From: Edaphobacter aggregans
GTDB taxonomy: Bacteria > Acidobacteriota > Terriglobia > Terriglobales > Acidobacteriaceae
Length of the DNA: 32,000 bases
Direction: 5' to 3'
NCBI RefSeq assembly: GCF_003945235.1
Contig: NZ_RSDW01000001.1
Span: 4,380,001 to 4,412,000 of the forward strand
Shown: piece after piece, positions 24,358 through 32,000 of the stretch
Layout: the number at the start of each line of letters is the position of its first letter
Position numbering within the stretch: the first letter of the stretch is position 1
The notes under the pieces: generated by a model
What the model was told of the DNA's origin: nothing
Database searches by the model: none
What the model saw: only the letters and a program-made list of their open reading frames with translations
Position numbers and translations under genes: made by a program

Positions 24358-27189
24358 TCAGGGCTGTCCCGAGAGGGAGAAGGCGGCCCAGAAGGCGGGC
24401 TTTTCGGACAGAGGGGTCTGGGTGCCGGCGAAGGAGACTTTGATGCGGTTATGGCGAAGGTCTGAGATGAGGGCGAGCTGGGCGGTTCGCAGGGCGGTGG
24501 CGCGGGATTGGCCTTGATTGAGGCCCTGGTAGAAGAGGGGCATGAGAGTGGCGGTGGGCTGGTCGGCTACGTCCCAGAGGGTGGTGAGGACGGAGGCGGA
24601 GCCGGCGTAGAAGAAGGCTCGGCTGAGACCGGCGACTCCGTCGGTGCTGACAGGGCCGAGGCCGGTGCGACAAGCACTGAGGACGACCATCTGGGTGTGG
24701 AGGTGGAGGGCGTAGATGGAGGAGGTGGTGAGGAGGCCGTCGTCATTACCGCTTGATAGGGATTGATTGAGAGCGAGAAAGGAACCAAAGGGGTCGGTGC
24801 CACTGACGATGGCGTGGGTGGCGAAGTGGAGGACGGTGGCGGTGGGGATCGCGGCTTCGAGATTGGTCGTGCTGGCTTGGGAGCCTTCAAGAAGGGTGAC
24901 CTGGGTGGATGGGAGGCTGTGGGCGATGGCTTCGACTTCGGCTGCGGAGCCTGGGAGTGGAGGGAGTGGAGTGGAGTTGGGGATTTGGGGAAGGTGTTGG
25001 GGGTTGGCGACGAAGACAAAGTGGGGGGTAAGCTGGCTGGCGGCGGTTTCGTTCTTTTCGGTGTAGAGGAGGAGGCCGGCGGCAGGAACGGTGTGGAGCG
25101 CGTAATGCTCGATGAGGTAGTGGTTATGGGAGTCGATGAGCGCAGCGAAGGGGAGTTGAAAGAGCGGGCCGTGGGGAATGATGGTGAGTAGAGAGCCGGC
25201 CTCCTGGGGGAGGTGGGAGGCTATGGGGGCAATGAGGATTTGGTAGAGGCTGCGCCAGGGGTTCAGTTCGGTGGAGGCTGGGACTGGGGCAAGGCTTAGG
25301 GTGTGGGTGCCTCGGGTGCGAAGGCCGCGGGTTGTGTCTGCGCTGTAGGGATTCGTGGCACGGACCAAGGCTTCGAGGTGAGCTGGCTTGATGGGCTGGG
25401 TGATGCCATAGACGGGAGAGTTGGGGCGGATGACCCAGATGGAGAGAGAGTCTTTGGAGAGCCAGTAGGCGAGGATGGTGGAGTGGAGGCGCTCGGCTGT
25501 GGCGATGATCTCGGGCGTCTGCATGGAGGGGACGTGAGACTCGCTTTGGAGGAGGAGGTCGGTGCTTGAGGGTGATGCGGGCGACGAGTTGCCACGTGAA
25601 CTAGAGAGTTGTGTGGGGGCTTTGATGAGGGAGAGTCGGGTGGATGTGGCGATGATGGGAAGGGTGGCGTGGGGACTGCTGAGGAGATCGAGGAAGGCGC
25701 GGGAGCGGGATTGCTCGGTGACCTCGAGGGCTTCGGGATAGCGGCCCATGCGGGTGAGGATGGAGATCGTGGTGGCGTAGATGTTGATGGTTTGTTCGTT
25801 GTAGCCACGCTTGTGGGCGTCTTCGGGGACTAGATGGGAGCTGATCTCTTCGGTGATGGAGAGAGCGTGCTGGGCGTCGGCTAGTGCGGCGTCGAGTTCA
25901 CCGCGGAGCATACGGATGCGGGCGCGGGTCTCGAGCGAGTCGGCGAGGTCGCGGTTGTTTTTGTTGCGCTCGCAGGCCTCGATGGCGCTGGTAATGCTTG
26001 ACTCGGCGTCACCGAGCTGGCCGAGGGTGCGGTAGATCTCGGACAGTTGGTCGTATCGGCTGCAGCGTTGGTAGTCGTTGGTGAAGTTGGAGGCTGCGTG
26101 CTGGAGGAGTGGGAGTCCACGGCGAGGCTGGCCAGCTTGGTAGTAAAGGTAGCCTAGGTTGGCTTCGAGGAAGTCGATGAAGGGCTGGGAGTGGATGGCG
26201 TGGGCGACGGCGAGGGCCTGCTGGAGGTAAGCGATCGCCTTTTGATATTGGCGCATCGACTCGTAGGCGACGCTGATGGCGTTGAGGGTTTGGGGAACGT
26301 AGGCCTGATCGTGCGAGAGGGTTTGGAGATGGAGTGCGAGGCGGTAGTGGGGGATGGCTGACTCGGGGCGGCCCTGAACACGCTCGAGGCGGCCCATGCT
26401 GGTTTGGAGGTAGGCGCGCTGGTCGGGGTTGCAGAGGCAGGTGGTGTAGAGGGCGTCCGACTTTTGGTAATGAAGCATCGCCTGGTCGTATTGACCGCGA
26501 TTGAAGAAGGAGTCTCCCCAGATTTGATGGGCGCTTGCTTCGAGGTGGGTGGCGTGGAGAGTTTGGGCTTCGGTGGTGAGGTGCTCGAATTGCGCGGAGG
26601 CGTCGGGAGCGGAGGGGTTGACGCCCTGAAGGCGCGCGGTAAGAGCGTCTGTGGGGTCGCCTGCGGCGTCGAGCTCAGCTGCGACACTGTTGAAGGTGGC
26701 GGTGATTTCGGCCTGAGGCTTAACGTTGCGGGCTAATGCAGCGAATTCGAAGTGAGTGTGGGCGAGGCCGGTGGCAGAGTGGACTTCGTCGAAGGCGGCT
26801 TCGGCTTGGTGGAAAAAGGTTGAGGCGGCGGCGATATTGTTTTGGAGGGCGGCTAGACCGAGGGCGTAGGTGGCTAGCGCTTCGGCGCAGCGGTTTTTGC
26901 GCGAGATGGCGAGAGTGAGAGTGACGTGAAGAGTGGTTTCGGTCTCGGGTGATGGAGGCTGAAAGTAGATGGCGTGATAGTCGCGCTGAAGATCGGACTC
27001 AAGGGAGGGGTCGGCGAAGTCACCGGCGAGGATTGGCCGGAATCCTGAGTGACTTTGCTGGTTGATGAGTTGCTGCTGGTGCTGGATGCCGCAGGTTTCT
27101 GTGGGGGGAGAGCTTTGAGCCAAGGTGGCCGTGGTGCAGCAAAAAATGAATAGAAAAAAGGTGGGTGTTCCGGGGAGAGCCTTGTTCAT
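24358..27189 (-). CDS. Exported TPR-repeat + CHAT (caspase-like) domain protein
   Basis: Preferred start is MNKALPGTPTFFLFIFCCTTATLAQS (ATG at 27187-27189), which gives a signal peptide. The ORF-track start is 27255. There are about 450 aa of TPR-like helical repeats (e.g. YDQAMLHYQKS, YQKAIAYLQQAL). The C-terminal CHAT has a His/Cys dyad context: VLHFATHA and MVVLSACRTG, with the Cys codon at 24670-24672. Confidence 0.9.
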   Translation of the reverse strand: MNKALPGTPTFFLFIFCCTTATLAQSSPPTETCGIQHQQQLINQQSHSGFRPILAGDFADPSLESDLQRDYHAIYFQPPSPETETTLHVTLTLAISRKNRCAEALATYALGLAALQNNIAAASTFFHQAEAAFDEVHSATGLAHTHFEFAALARNVKPQAEITATFNSVAAELDAAGDPTDALTARLQGVNPSAPDASAQFEHLTTEAQTLHATHLEASAHQIWGDSFFNRGQYDQAMLHYQKSDALYTTCLCNPDQRAYLQTSMGRLERVQGRPESAIPHYRLALHLQTLSHDQAYVPQTLNAISVAYESMRQYQKAIAYLQQALAVAHAIHSQPFIDFLEANLGYLYYQAGQPRRGLPLLQHAASNFTNDYQRCSRYDQLSEIYRTLGQLGDAESSITSAIEACERNKNNRDLADSLETRARIRMLRGELDAALADAQHALSITEEISSHLVPEDAHKRGYNEQTINIYATTISILTRMGRYPEALEVTEQSRSRAFLDLLSSPHATLPIIATSTRLSLIKAPTQLSSSRGNSSPASPSSTDLLLQSESHVPSMQTPEIIATAERLHSTILAYWLSKDSLSIWVIRPNSPVYGITQPIKPAHLEALVRATNPYSADTTRGLRTRGTHTLSLAPVPASTELNPWRSLYQILIAPIASHLPQEAGSLLTIIPHGPLFQLPFAALIDSHNHYLIEHYALHTVPAAGLLLYTEKNETAASQLTPHFVFVANPQHLPQIPNSTPLPPLPGSAAEVEAIAHSLPSTQVTLLEGSQASTTNLEAAIPTATVLHFATHAIVSGTDPFGSFLALNQSLSSGNDDGLLTTSSIYALHLHTQMVVLSACRTGLGPVSTDGVAGLSRAFFYAGSASVLTTLWDVADQPTATLMPLFYQGLNQGQSRATALRTAQLALISDLRHNRIKVSFAGTQTPLSEKPAFWAAFSLSGQP

Positions 27190-27295
27190 GGGGTTCAGCA
27201 CGCCTTGCGGCAGACCTGGGATGTTACCGCCTGACGTTGTGAATGAACTTACCATGCGCAGCGGGAATTGGAGAGGGAAATTTCATGAGAGTCGC

Positions 27296-27829
27296 TTACT
27301 CGCTGAGGGTGTAAGGGAGGGCGAAGCGGCCGATTTGGAGTTGGGGGCGGTCGGAGGGGGGCCAGAGGCGGAAGGATTCTACGCGGGTTCCGGTGGGCAA
27401 GGGCTTGGCGATAGCGGTGCCGTGGGGGGTTCCGGTGGCTGCGTCGTAGAAGTGAACGGTGAGGCCGGCTTCGCCGCGCTGCCAGCCGAAGACGTAGGAG
27501 CCAGGGGTGAAGGCGATGTCGGCGATGGTGATGGGGGATTGAATGAGGAGGTAGTGAGAGTATTTGCCGTCGGCGGAGTATCCAGCGGTGATAAGGACTA
27601 CTCCGGCGATGAGCTTGCCGTGGTTGTTGATGATGCCGGAGGCGGTGCGCATCTCGGTCTCGATGCGTTCTTTTTCGACGGGGGCGCGGGCGGGCAGGGA
27701 GGTTTCGAGCTCGGCGGGAGTGGCGGCGCGCCAGGAGGATTTTGACTGAGCGTGAATCGTGGGCGCGGCGGGGGCGAGGAAGGTGAGTGCTAGGGCGAGA
27801 GCAGTGATCTTCATGGTGTGAGGTCTCAT
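27296..27829 (-). CDS. Secreted hypothetical protein (177 aa), no family recognised
   Basis: Signal peptide ...MKITALALALTFLAPAAPTIHAQS. The ATG at 27827-27829 overlaps the response-regulator stop (ATGA). An alternative ATG is at 27812-27814. The mature part looks beta-rich. I recognise no motif. Confidence 0.6.
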   Translation of the reverse strand: MRPHTMKITALALALTFLAPAAPTIHAQSKSSWRAATPAELETSLPARAPVEKERIETEMRTASGIINNHGKLIAGVVLITAGYSADGKYSHYLLIQSPITIADIAFTPGSYVFGWQRGEAGLTVHFYDAATGTPHGTAIAKPLPTGTRVESFRLWPPSDRPQLQIGRFALPYTLSE

Positions 27830-28452
27830 TTGAGATGAACGATGCCGCGCTGGATGGCGACGGTTGCGGCTTGTGTGCGGTCGGTGACGTTGAGTTTGCC
27901 GAGGAGATTGTTGATATGGGATTTTACGGTGGCTTCGCTGATGTCGAGGTCAGTGGCGATCTCTTTGTTTGCGCGGCCGGCGACGATGCGCTCGAGGACG
28001 GCGAGTTCGCGGGCGGTGAGGGCCTGGCCGCTCATGCGCTCGGCTAATTTTTCTGCAATGGGGGCCGCGATGCGGGTTTTGCCGGAGTGGACGGCTTGAA
28101 TGGTGGAGGTGAGTTCTTCGACGGTCATACCTTTGAGTAGGTAGGCTTTGGCTCCGGCTTGCAGGGAGCGGAAGATGTCTTCGTCGCCGTCGAAGGTGGT
28201 GAGGACGATGAAACGGGCGGCGGGGTCTTCGGCGCGGATGCGTATGATGGCGTCGACGCCGCCGAGTCTGGGGAGCTGGAGGTCCATGAGGGTGACGTCG
28301 GGGCGGAGGGTGCGGTGGAGTTCAATGGCTTCGAGGCCGTCGCTGGCTTCGCCGACGACTTCGATCTGGGGCATGATGCCGAGCAGAGCGACGAGGCCCT
28401 GACGAACGACGTGGTGGTCGTCGACGACGAGAATGCGGATGCGTTCACCCAT
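27826..28452 (-). CDS. NarL/FixJ (LuxR-type HTH) response regulator
   Basis: The start MGERIRILVVDDHHVVRQGL (ATG at 28450-28452) overlaps the kinase stop by 8 nt (ATGGGTGA). A receiver domain is present (DVTLMDLQLP), followed by a LuxR HTH (LTARELAVLERIVAGRANKEIATDLDISEATVKSHINNLLGKL). The ORF-track extension to 28632 was rejected. Confidence 0.95.
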   Translation of the reverse strand: MGERIRILVVDDHHVVRQGLVALLGIMPQIEVVGEASDGLEAIELHRTLRPDVTLMDLQLPRLGGVDAIIRIRAEDPAARFIVLTTFDGDEDIFRSLQAGAKAYLLKGMTVEELTSTIQAVHSGKTRIAAPIAEKLAERMSGQALTARELAVLERIVAGRANKEIATDLDISEATVKSHINNLLGKLNVTDRTQAATVAIQRGIVHLK

Positions 28453-31372
28453 GGGTTGGCATACCTTTCGTGGCGGGGATGGGGACGTCGAGGGTGATGG
28501 TTGTGCCGGTTTCGGGGGCGCTCTTGATGGTGAGTGTAGCGTTGATTTGGGTGGCGCGCTCACGCATTCCCTGCAGGCCGAAGTGGCCTTGTGCGGGGAG
28601 CGTGGTGTCGGATGGGTTGAAGCCGCGGCCATCGTCGGTGATGGTGAGGGTGAGGCGGTTTGAGTGGTAGCGGAGGTCGAGGGTGATGTGGGTGGCTTGC
28701 GCGTGGCGTTGGGCGTTGGTGAGGGACTCCTGAGCTATACGGAGGACCTCGCTTTCGACGGTGGAGGAGAGAGGGCGGTACGTGCCTCCGATGTTGAGTT
28801 GCGTTGGGAGGTTTTCGCTGCGGGATTGTTCGACGATTTGGGTCAGACGGGTGGGGAGGGTGTTTTGCGCGGTGATGGCGCGGATGTCCCAGATGCTGCG
28901 ACGGGCTTCGGCGAGGCCTTCGCGGACATAGTCGCGGGTGCGATCGAGCTGCTGGTTAGCGGCGGGAAGCTGTGAGTGGGTGAGGAGCTGGGAGACGATT
29001 TCGAGTTGGACGGAGACGCCGACGAAGCTCTGGGCGAGGGTGTCGTGGATCTCGCGGGCCATGCGGTTGCGCTCGGCGAGGACGGCGTCAAATTGGGACC
29101 GGAGGCGGCGGACACGGAGGCGATAAAAGAGAAATGCGAGGGCAGCGATGATCGCGAGGGCACTTAGAACGAACCAGAGGGTGCGGTAGAAAGGGGGACG
29201 GACGTAGAAGCGGATGGCGGCACCGGTCTCGTTCCAGACTCCGTCGTTGTTGGCAGCCTGAACGTGGAAGCGATATCGACCAGGCGGGAGATTTGTGTAG
29301 GTTGCGCTGCGGCGGGTGCTGGGTTGCGACCACTCTTTGTCGAAGCCTTCGAGGAGGTAACGGTAGCGCACGAGAGAGGGCGCGGAGTAGCTTAGGCCGG
29401 CGAACTCGAAGGCGTAGTGGTTGTGGCCGGGAGCGATGATTTTGGTCGAGGGACTGAGGTCGAGGGGGGTGTCGTCGATGAGGACGCGCTCGAGGATGAC
29501 AGGGGGCGGAAGCTTATTTTGCTGGAGATGTCCGGGGTCGACGATGGCAACGCCTTTGCGCGTGGCAAACCAGAGGAGATTATTCGTCGTCTGCCAGGCG
29601 GCTGGGTGGCCATTGGCGGAGGTTTCCTCGGTGGGCATGCCGTCGGCGAGGCCGTAGGAGTTGATGTGAAGGGCGCACTGGGGTGAGGAGCCGCATACGT
29701 TCAATTCAGAGGGGGCAACGCGCGTGATGCCGCGATTGGAACCTATCCAGAGATAGCCGACACCATCTTCAAGAATGGAGTTGATTTCTTGTGGGAGGTC
29801 GGGGCGTTGTAGCGAGGTGAAGCCTTTGGCTGTGTGCTGGGTGAGCCCGTTGCCTTTGGTTCCGATCCAGAGAGCTCCGCCGACGTCTTCGAGAAGAGCT
29901 GTGATGATGTTTCCGGAGAGGCCGTCTGCTGTGGTGTAAGTGGTGATGGCGCCGTTGTGGAGGCGAGAGAGACCGTCGAGGGTGGCGATCCAGAGATCTT
30001 GATTGGCGGACTGGAGGAGAGCTCCGATGAGGTCGCTGCGAAGGCCGTTGGATGTGGTCAGGACGGTGAAGTGGCCGTTCTGTAGGTGGGCCAGGCCGCG
30101 GCGGGTGCCGATCCAGAGAGAACCATCGGCGCCGAGCAGAAGGGAGCGGATGAGGTCGTCGGGGAGGCCGTCGGCTGAGGTGTAGGTCTTGATGTGGGAG
30201 TCGGCGAGGTGGTTGAGGCCGTCGGGTGTTCCGATCCAGAGAGTGCCGTCGGGGCCAGGAGTGAGAGAGAGGATGATGTCACTAGCGAGGCCGTCGTGAG
30301 TGGAGATGTGCTTGAGTTTGCCGAACTGATAGCGGTAGAGGCCATCGCCATTAGTGCCGGCGTAGAGCGCGCCGTCGGTGGTTTGGACGATTGTGTTGAC
30401 GGCTAGATCGGCCAGGTCAGGTAGGGAGTGGAAGTTCTGGCGGCGGAGGATGTGGAGACCGGTGCTCTCTGTGCCGACCCAGAGATTACGTTCACGGTCT
30501 TCAAAGAGAGAGAGGACGGAGCTAGCGTTGAGGGCGGGGATGGGTTGGGGGAGAGACTGGGGATTGGCAGCGTCGAGGGCGACAAGGCCTTTGTTGGTGC
30601 CGATCCAGAGGGTGTTGCGGGAGTCGGGGAGGAAGGCTTCGATGCGTGTGCCGGGGAGTTCGCGGCCAGCGGTCCAGAGATGCTGGCGGCCGTCTCGCTG
30701 CTGGATAAGGGTGGTGTGGGTTCGCAGCCAGAGGGTGTGGTCGGGCTGGACGGCGAGAGACTCGATGGGTTCGGGGGGGAGCGCGGGGCTGACGGGGACG
30801 GGGATGAAGCGGCCGTGCTGGTATTGGGAGAGACCGGATGGAGAGGTGATCCAGACGTTGCCGTCGGTGCCCTGGGTGAGTGTGGAGGGATGAGGCAGGT
30901 TGAGAAGGGAGAATCGGTTGGTGCGGAGATCGAGTTGTGACAGGCCTTCGCGGGTGAGGACGAGGAGAGAGGCGTCGTCGGTAGCGGCCAGAGCATAGAT
31001 GGTCGAAGAGGGGAGGCCGTCGGCGGTGGTGTAGCGGCGGAGGCCTTGAGGCCCGTACTGCAGGAGGCCGCTGGCGGTGCCGATCCAGAGGCTATCGGGG
31101 GCGTTTTGAGCGAAGCAGCAGATATCGTTGCTGGTGAAGACGGTGGGGTCGGTTTCCTGGTTGAAGATTTTGAAGTTGAGACCGTCGAAGCGGGCGGCTC
31201 CGCCTTCGGTTGCTAGCCAGATGTAGCCGTCGAACGACTGGAAGATTTGATGGACACTGCTTTGCGGGAGGCCGTTTTCCGTGGACCAAGATTGATGGCC
31301 GAGGTTGGCGGTTTGCGGTTGGGCTGAGAGAGCGAGGAAGCCGCAGAGCGCCCACAGGAGGATCGCGCGCAT
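28445..31372 (-). CDS. Sensor histidine kinase with a periplasmic double beta-propeller (two-component regulator propeller repeats) + Y_Y_Y domain, TM, HisKA_3 and HATPase
   Basis: Signal peptide MRAILLWALCGFLALSAQ. There are about 14 repeats of the '...LWIGT..GL' propeller type. The Y_Y_Y region is VRYRYLLEGFDKEWS...GRYRFHVQA, followed by a TM helix, the H-box REIHDTLAQ, and the ATPase motifs ITDDGRGF and GLQGMRERA. Confidence 0.92.
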   Translation of the reverse strand: MRAILLWALCGFLALSAQPQTANLGHQSWSTENGLPQSSVHQIFQSFDGYIWLATEGGAARFDGLNFKIFNQETDPTVFTSNDICCFAQNAPDSLWIGTASGLLQYGPQGLRRYTTADGLPSSTIYALAATDDASLLVLTREGLSQLDLRTNRFSLLNLPHPSTLTQGTDGNVWITSPSGLSQYQHGRFIPVPVSPALPPEPIESLAVQPDHTLWLRTHTTLIQQRDGRQHLWTAGRELPGTRIEAFLPDSRNTLWIGTNKGLVALDAANPQSLPQPIPALNASSVLSLFEDRERNLWVGTESTGLHILRRQNFHSLPDLADLAVNTIVQTTDGALYAGTNGDGLYRYQFGKLKHISTHDGLASDIILSLTPGPDGTLWIGTPDGLNHLADSHIKTYTSADGLPDDLIRSLLLGADGSLWIGTRRGLAHLQNGHFTVLTTSNGLRSDLIGALLQSANQDLWIATLDGLSRLHNGAITTYTTADGLSGNIITALLEDVGGALWIGTKGNGLTQHTAKGFTSLQRPDLPQEINSILEDGVGYLWIGSNRGITRVAPSELNVCGSSPQCALHINSYGLADGMPTEETSANGHPAAWQTTNNLLWFATRKGVAIVDPGHLQQNKLPPPVILERVLIDDTPLDLSPSTKIIAPGHNHYAFEFAGLSYSAPSLVRYRYLLEGFDKEWSQPSTRRSATYTNLPPGRYRFHVQAANNDGVWNETGAAIRFYVRPPFYRTLWFVLSALAIIAALAFLFYRLRVRRLRSQFDAVLAERNRMAREIHDTLAQSFVGVSVQLEIVSQLLTHSQLPAANQQLDRTRDYVREGLAEARRSIWDIRAITAQNTLPTRLTQIVEQSRSENLPTQLNIGGTYRPLSSTVESEVLRIAQESLTNAQRHAQATHITLDLRYHSNRLTLTITDDGRGFNPSDTTLPAQGHFGLQGMRERATQINATLTIKSAPETGTTITLDVPIPATKGMPTHG

Positions 31373-31375
31373 GGG

Positions 31376-31723
31376 CTATTTTGCCTTTTTGTCGCGGCAG
31401 GAGCGAAGGTAGGCTACGAGGTCGTCGGTCTCGGATTTTTCGAGGATGTCGGCGAAGGAGGGCATTTGTTTACCGCCGTCGTGGATCTGGGTTCGGATCT
31501 GGGCTTCGTTGAGCCTGCGGCCTACGCCGGAGAGATCGGGGCCTTTGGTGCCTCCATGCTGGCGGATAGTGTGGCATTGAAGGCAGCCGGTTTCTGTGAA
31601 GACCTGGGCTCCCCGGATGCGTGGGTCTGCTGAGGGTGCCGATGACGTGGGCGGTGCGGCCTGCGCGAAGAGAGAGGCCGTGGCTGCGAGTGAGAGGAGG
31701 AGAACAGGACGTAGCAGGTTCAT
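31376..31723 (-). CDS. Exported monohaem class I c-type cytochrome
   Basis: Signal peptide MNLLRPVLLLSLAATASLFAQA, a single CLQCH haem-binding site and a distal Met candidate (GGKQMPSF). The stop lies 3 nt before the kinase ATG. The start overlaps the upstream gene's stop (ATGA). Confidence 0.85.
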   Translation of the reverse strand: MNLLRPVLLLSLAATASLFAQAAPPTSSAPSADPRIRGAQVFTETGCLQCHTIRQHGGTKGPDLSGVGRRLNEAQIRTQIHDGGKQMPSFADILEKSETDDLVAYLRSCRDKKAK

Positions 31724-32000
31724 TGGGCCGCGGGCAGCACTCCCTCGATTTGTTGTTGTGGTGCGAAGTCGCTGTGGGTGTGCCAGGGGACACTCTCGGA
31801 GGCGATCTCGTGATGCTTGCGCAGGAACTCGAGTGCGTAGGTGCTGGCGGTGGGATCGTCCTTTTGGTCGGCAAAGGCTGCGGCTTCGCGGGAGGCTTGT
31901 TCTTTCATACCTAAACGACGGTAGACGATGGAAAGGATGTAATGCGCGGCGAGGTCGTCGGGGTCGATGGATTGGAGGTTCTCGTACTCGACGCGGGCTT
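31720..32000 (-). CDS. C-terminal part of a TPR-like protein (N-terminus outside the window)
   Basis: The minus frame stays open from the right edge through the listed 31720-31908 ORF: ...VEYENLQSIDPDDLAAHYILSIVYRRLGMKEQASREAAAF... is TPR-like. The Met at 31908 is therefore probably internal. Confidence 0.5.
   Translation of the reverse strand, partial: ARVEYENLQSIDPDDLAAHYILSIVYRRLGMKEQASREAAAFADQKDDPTASTYALEFLRKHHEIASESVPWHTHSDFAPQQQIEGVLPAAQ

Noticed and set aside
31303-31323. GGTTGGCGGTTTGCGGTTGGG inside the kinase gene, resembling the (CGGTTGG)4 tandem at 16086-16113
   Set aside because: It encodes the signal-peptide cleavage region (AQPQTANLG) in the correct frame and has one mismatch. 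A 21-nt similarity in G+T-rich sequence is most simply coincidence. I found no other shared flanks.

Overview
High-GC bacterial chromosomal segment. The gene content (beta-propeller NarL-type kinase, beta-helix/Ig-repeat exoprotein, exported TPR-CHAT protein, ECF module, ArnT-like GT) suggests Acidobacteriota/Terriglobia, but that is inference only. I support 22 protein-coding genes and found no rRNA, tRNA, CRISPR array, transposase or integrase. Positions 1-4411 (-) hold the core rimP-nusA-infB operon; infB runs off the left edge and is missing from the ORF track. It is followed by guaB (+), a signal-less metzincin-like protease in a lower-GC patch (+), and a minus-strand DUF503-rbfA-nrnA-GT39-GNAT string. 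Next come a 1000-aa beta-helix/Ig-like exoprotein (-), a GH63-like glycosidase (+), an EAL-PAS-PAS-PAS protein (-) and a fused lycopene-cyclase-domain membrane protein (+). The most interesting part is a single-strand signalling island of eight minus-strand genes at 22766-32000. It contains a partial TPR protein, a cytochrome c, a beta-propeller histidine kinase, a NarL regulator and a secreted 177-aa orphan, joined by overlapping or near-abutting junctions. These are followed by an exported TPR-CHAT caspase-like protease and an ECF sigma/zinc anti-sigma pair. Non-coding observations: an intrinsic terminator in the rimP-nusA-infB leader, a strong orphan terminator about 200 nt past the GH63 stop, a (CGGTTGG)x4 tandem, and a mosaic intergenic repeat family with three copies. 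The many long ORFs antisense to real genes look like high-GC artefacts and were rejected.
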